DNA of 63,300 nucleotides, filler included, from Choristocarpus tenellus KU-1152 (lineage: Eukaryota; Protista; Phaeophyceae), in the NCBI GenBank assembly GCA_964200185.2. It is 13 parts of 13 records of this genome, joined end to end, with 100 filler letters (N's around TTAATTAATTAA, not from the genome) between each part and the next. Parts side by side here need not be neighbours in the genome. Positions count along the whole stretch, not along the records: positions 60,761 to 63,300 come from CAXNAD020026934.1; 12 more parts are not named here. One strand, 5' to 3'. This document shows, in pieces, positions 62,063 to 63,300 of this stretch. The notes below the pieces were generated by a model, which was given only the letters and a program-made list of their open reading frames with translations, made no database searches and was not told the origin of the DNA. The translations under genes and the position numbers were made by a program. The stretch's first letter is position 1. Each line of letters begins with the position of its first letter.

Positions 62063-63300
62063 CTTCTCACAAAAATTGAAATTCTTTCGTGACAGTCGAG
62101 CGCATTTGACAAAACAAATCTTCTTCCTCCAACCACTATGATTTTTTGTCTGAAACCAAAAAAAAATACACCATCCTTGTTCGCCCGTGCATAAAAAGTC
62201 AAAAGAGGTTAATAAAAAAAATAGTTTAATCAATGTCAATGATACTGCTTGCTGAAAAAGCGAACGGTTTTGTTGATGTCAATGAACCTTAGCCCGATAT
62301 GTCCATGCACAGGGTTATAACAGGGAGAGATGTGGGAATGGGCAGTACACTGATTATCGTCACTTCATTACAGTTACACTTTCTGCCATGAAATGGTGAT
62401 TGCTTGGTCCAGCATGTTTGTTCACAGATGAACCCTAACCCTGCAGTCACACAATAACGCAAAATACAATGAAGCTAGACCAACAACTCAGAGAACCACC
62501 TCATGTCTAGAGGGGATTCTGCATTCCATACCTTGAAGGTACTACAAATGGTTAGAGTGGTGGGTTCAAAGGTGTTATTGGGGTTCACTTCAAAGTCAAC
62601 ATTAACATTACCCTTCATCGCTCTGATCACCTATGCCAACACCAGCCAATTGCACTTAACCCCATCTTACCTAGCTCCCCCCCCAGCTACCTCGAGCACT
62701 CAAGATCGCAAAGGGGGCATTCATTGTCTGTCCTATTCAAAAGATAACTAAGAAAACATATTATTTGAAGTATTACATACATAGAATACGTAGTGCCACT
62801 TTAGTAACATTTCTCACAATCCAATCTCATCCTGCAACCAACAGATTGGTTGCAGGATGGCACACTCTCTCCTCAGGTACTGATATCTAAGATCAGCTCT
62901 ATATTACAACCTCTCTAACGCAGAATATGAATCAAAATTCAGGAGCGTGGGTTGGGGGCACAAAATCAATGCCTGCCTCATACTAGAAATTAAACTGTAC
63001 ATCCAAAATAGGAGAAAAAATTGGGATATACTTCCACAACAGCATGAAAAAACTTATAGACTGCAACAGACCATGGTTAGGGCATATTATTTACCACTAC
63101 AGACCTTCAGCATCGACCAAGGAGGAAATTGGGTTGAGGTCGGGAGGGCCTTGACAGGCAACATGTTGAGTTCATACCTGCTGCTGCAATGTAATCTTGC
63201 GCTGCTTTGATGCCTGGCTACCCATGGAGCTGGTTGTTCGCACCTTCAAGAACGGGGCGGGGGGGGGGCGGGAGGGGGGGGGAATCTGTCACACCAAATA

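Overview
Eukaryotic, intron-rich and transposon-rich genomic DNA, probably a flagellated stramenopile such as a brown alga or relative. This is an inference from the H4 variant DSVTYTEH, the centriolar CCDC61 gene and TTAGGG repeats. The window is 13 unrelated contigs joined by 100-nt N44-TTAATTAATTAA-N44 linkers, so adjacency across linkers means nothing. Host genes: an intact histone H4 with a 3' stem-loop, head-to-head with a decayed intron-containing GCN5 (HAT plus bromodomain) pseudogene; the 5' five exons of CCDC61/VFL3; six in-frame exons of a coiled-coil gene with one GC-AG intron; an intact tRNA-Arg(ACG); a degenerate tRNA-Gly(GCC); and a rearranged, spliced ParB/DGQHR-like pseudogene. 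Mobile DNA: a high-copy ~258-bp MITE with GAG...CTC ends and 4-bp TSDs (Sola-like), a related shorter MITE, and a third MITE seen only around the two tRNA loci. There are also plant-type mariner copies with DD40D spacing and Stowaway-like TIRs, a CRE-clade non-LTR retrotransposon, a Copia LTR/gag relic and a probable MULE relic. All homology calls come from motif recognition by eye, not database searches.
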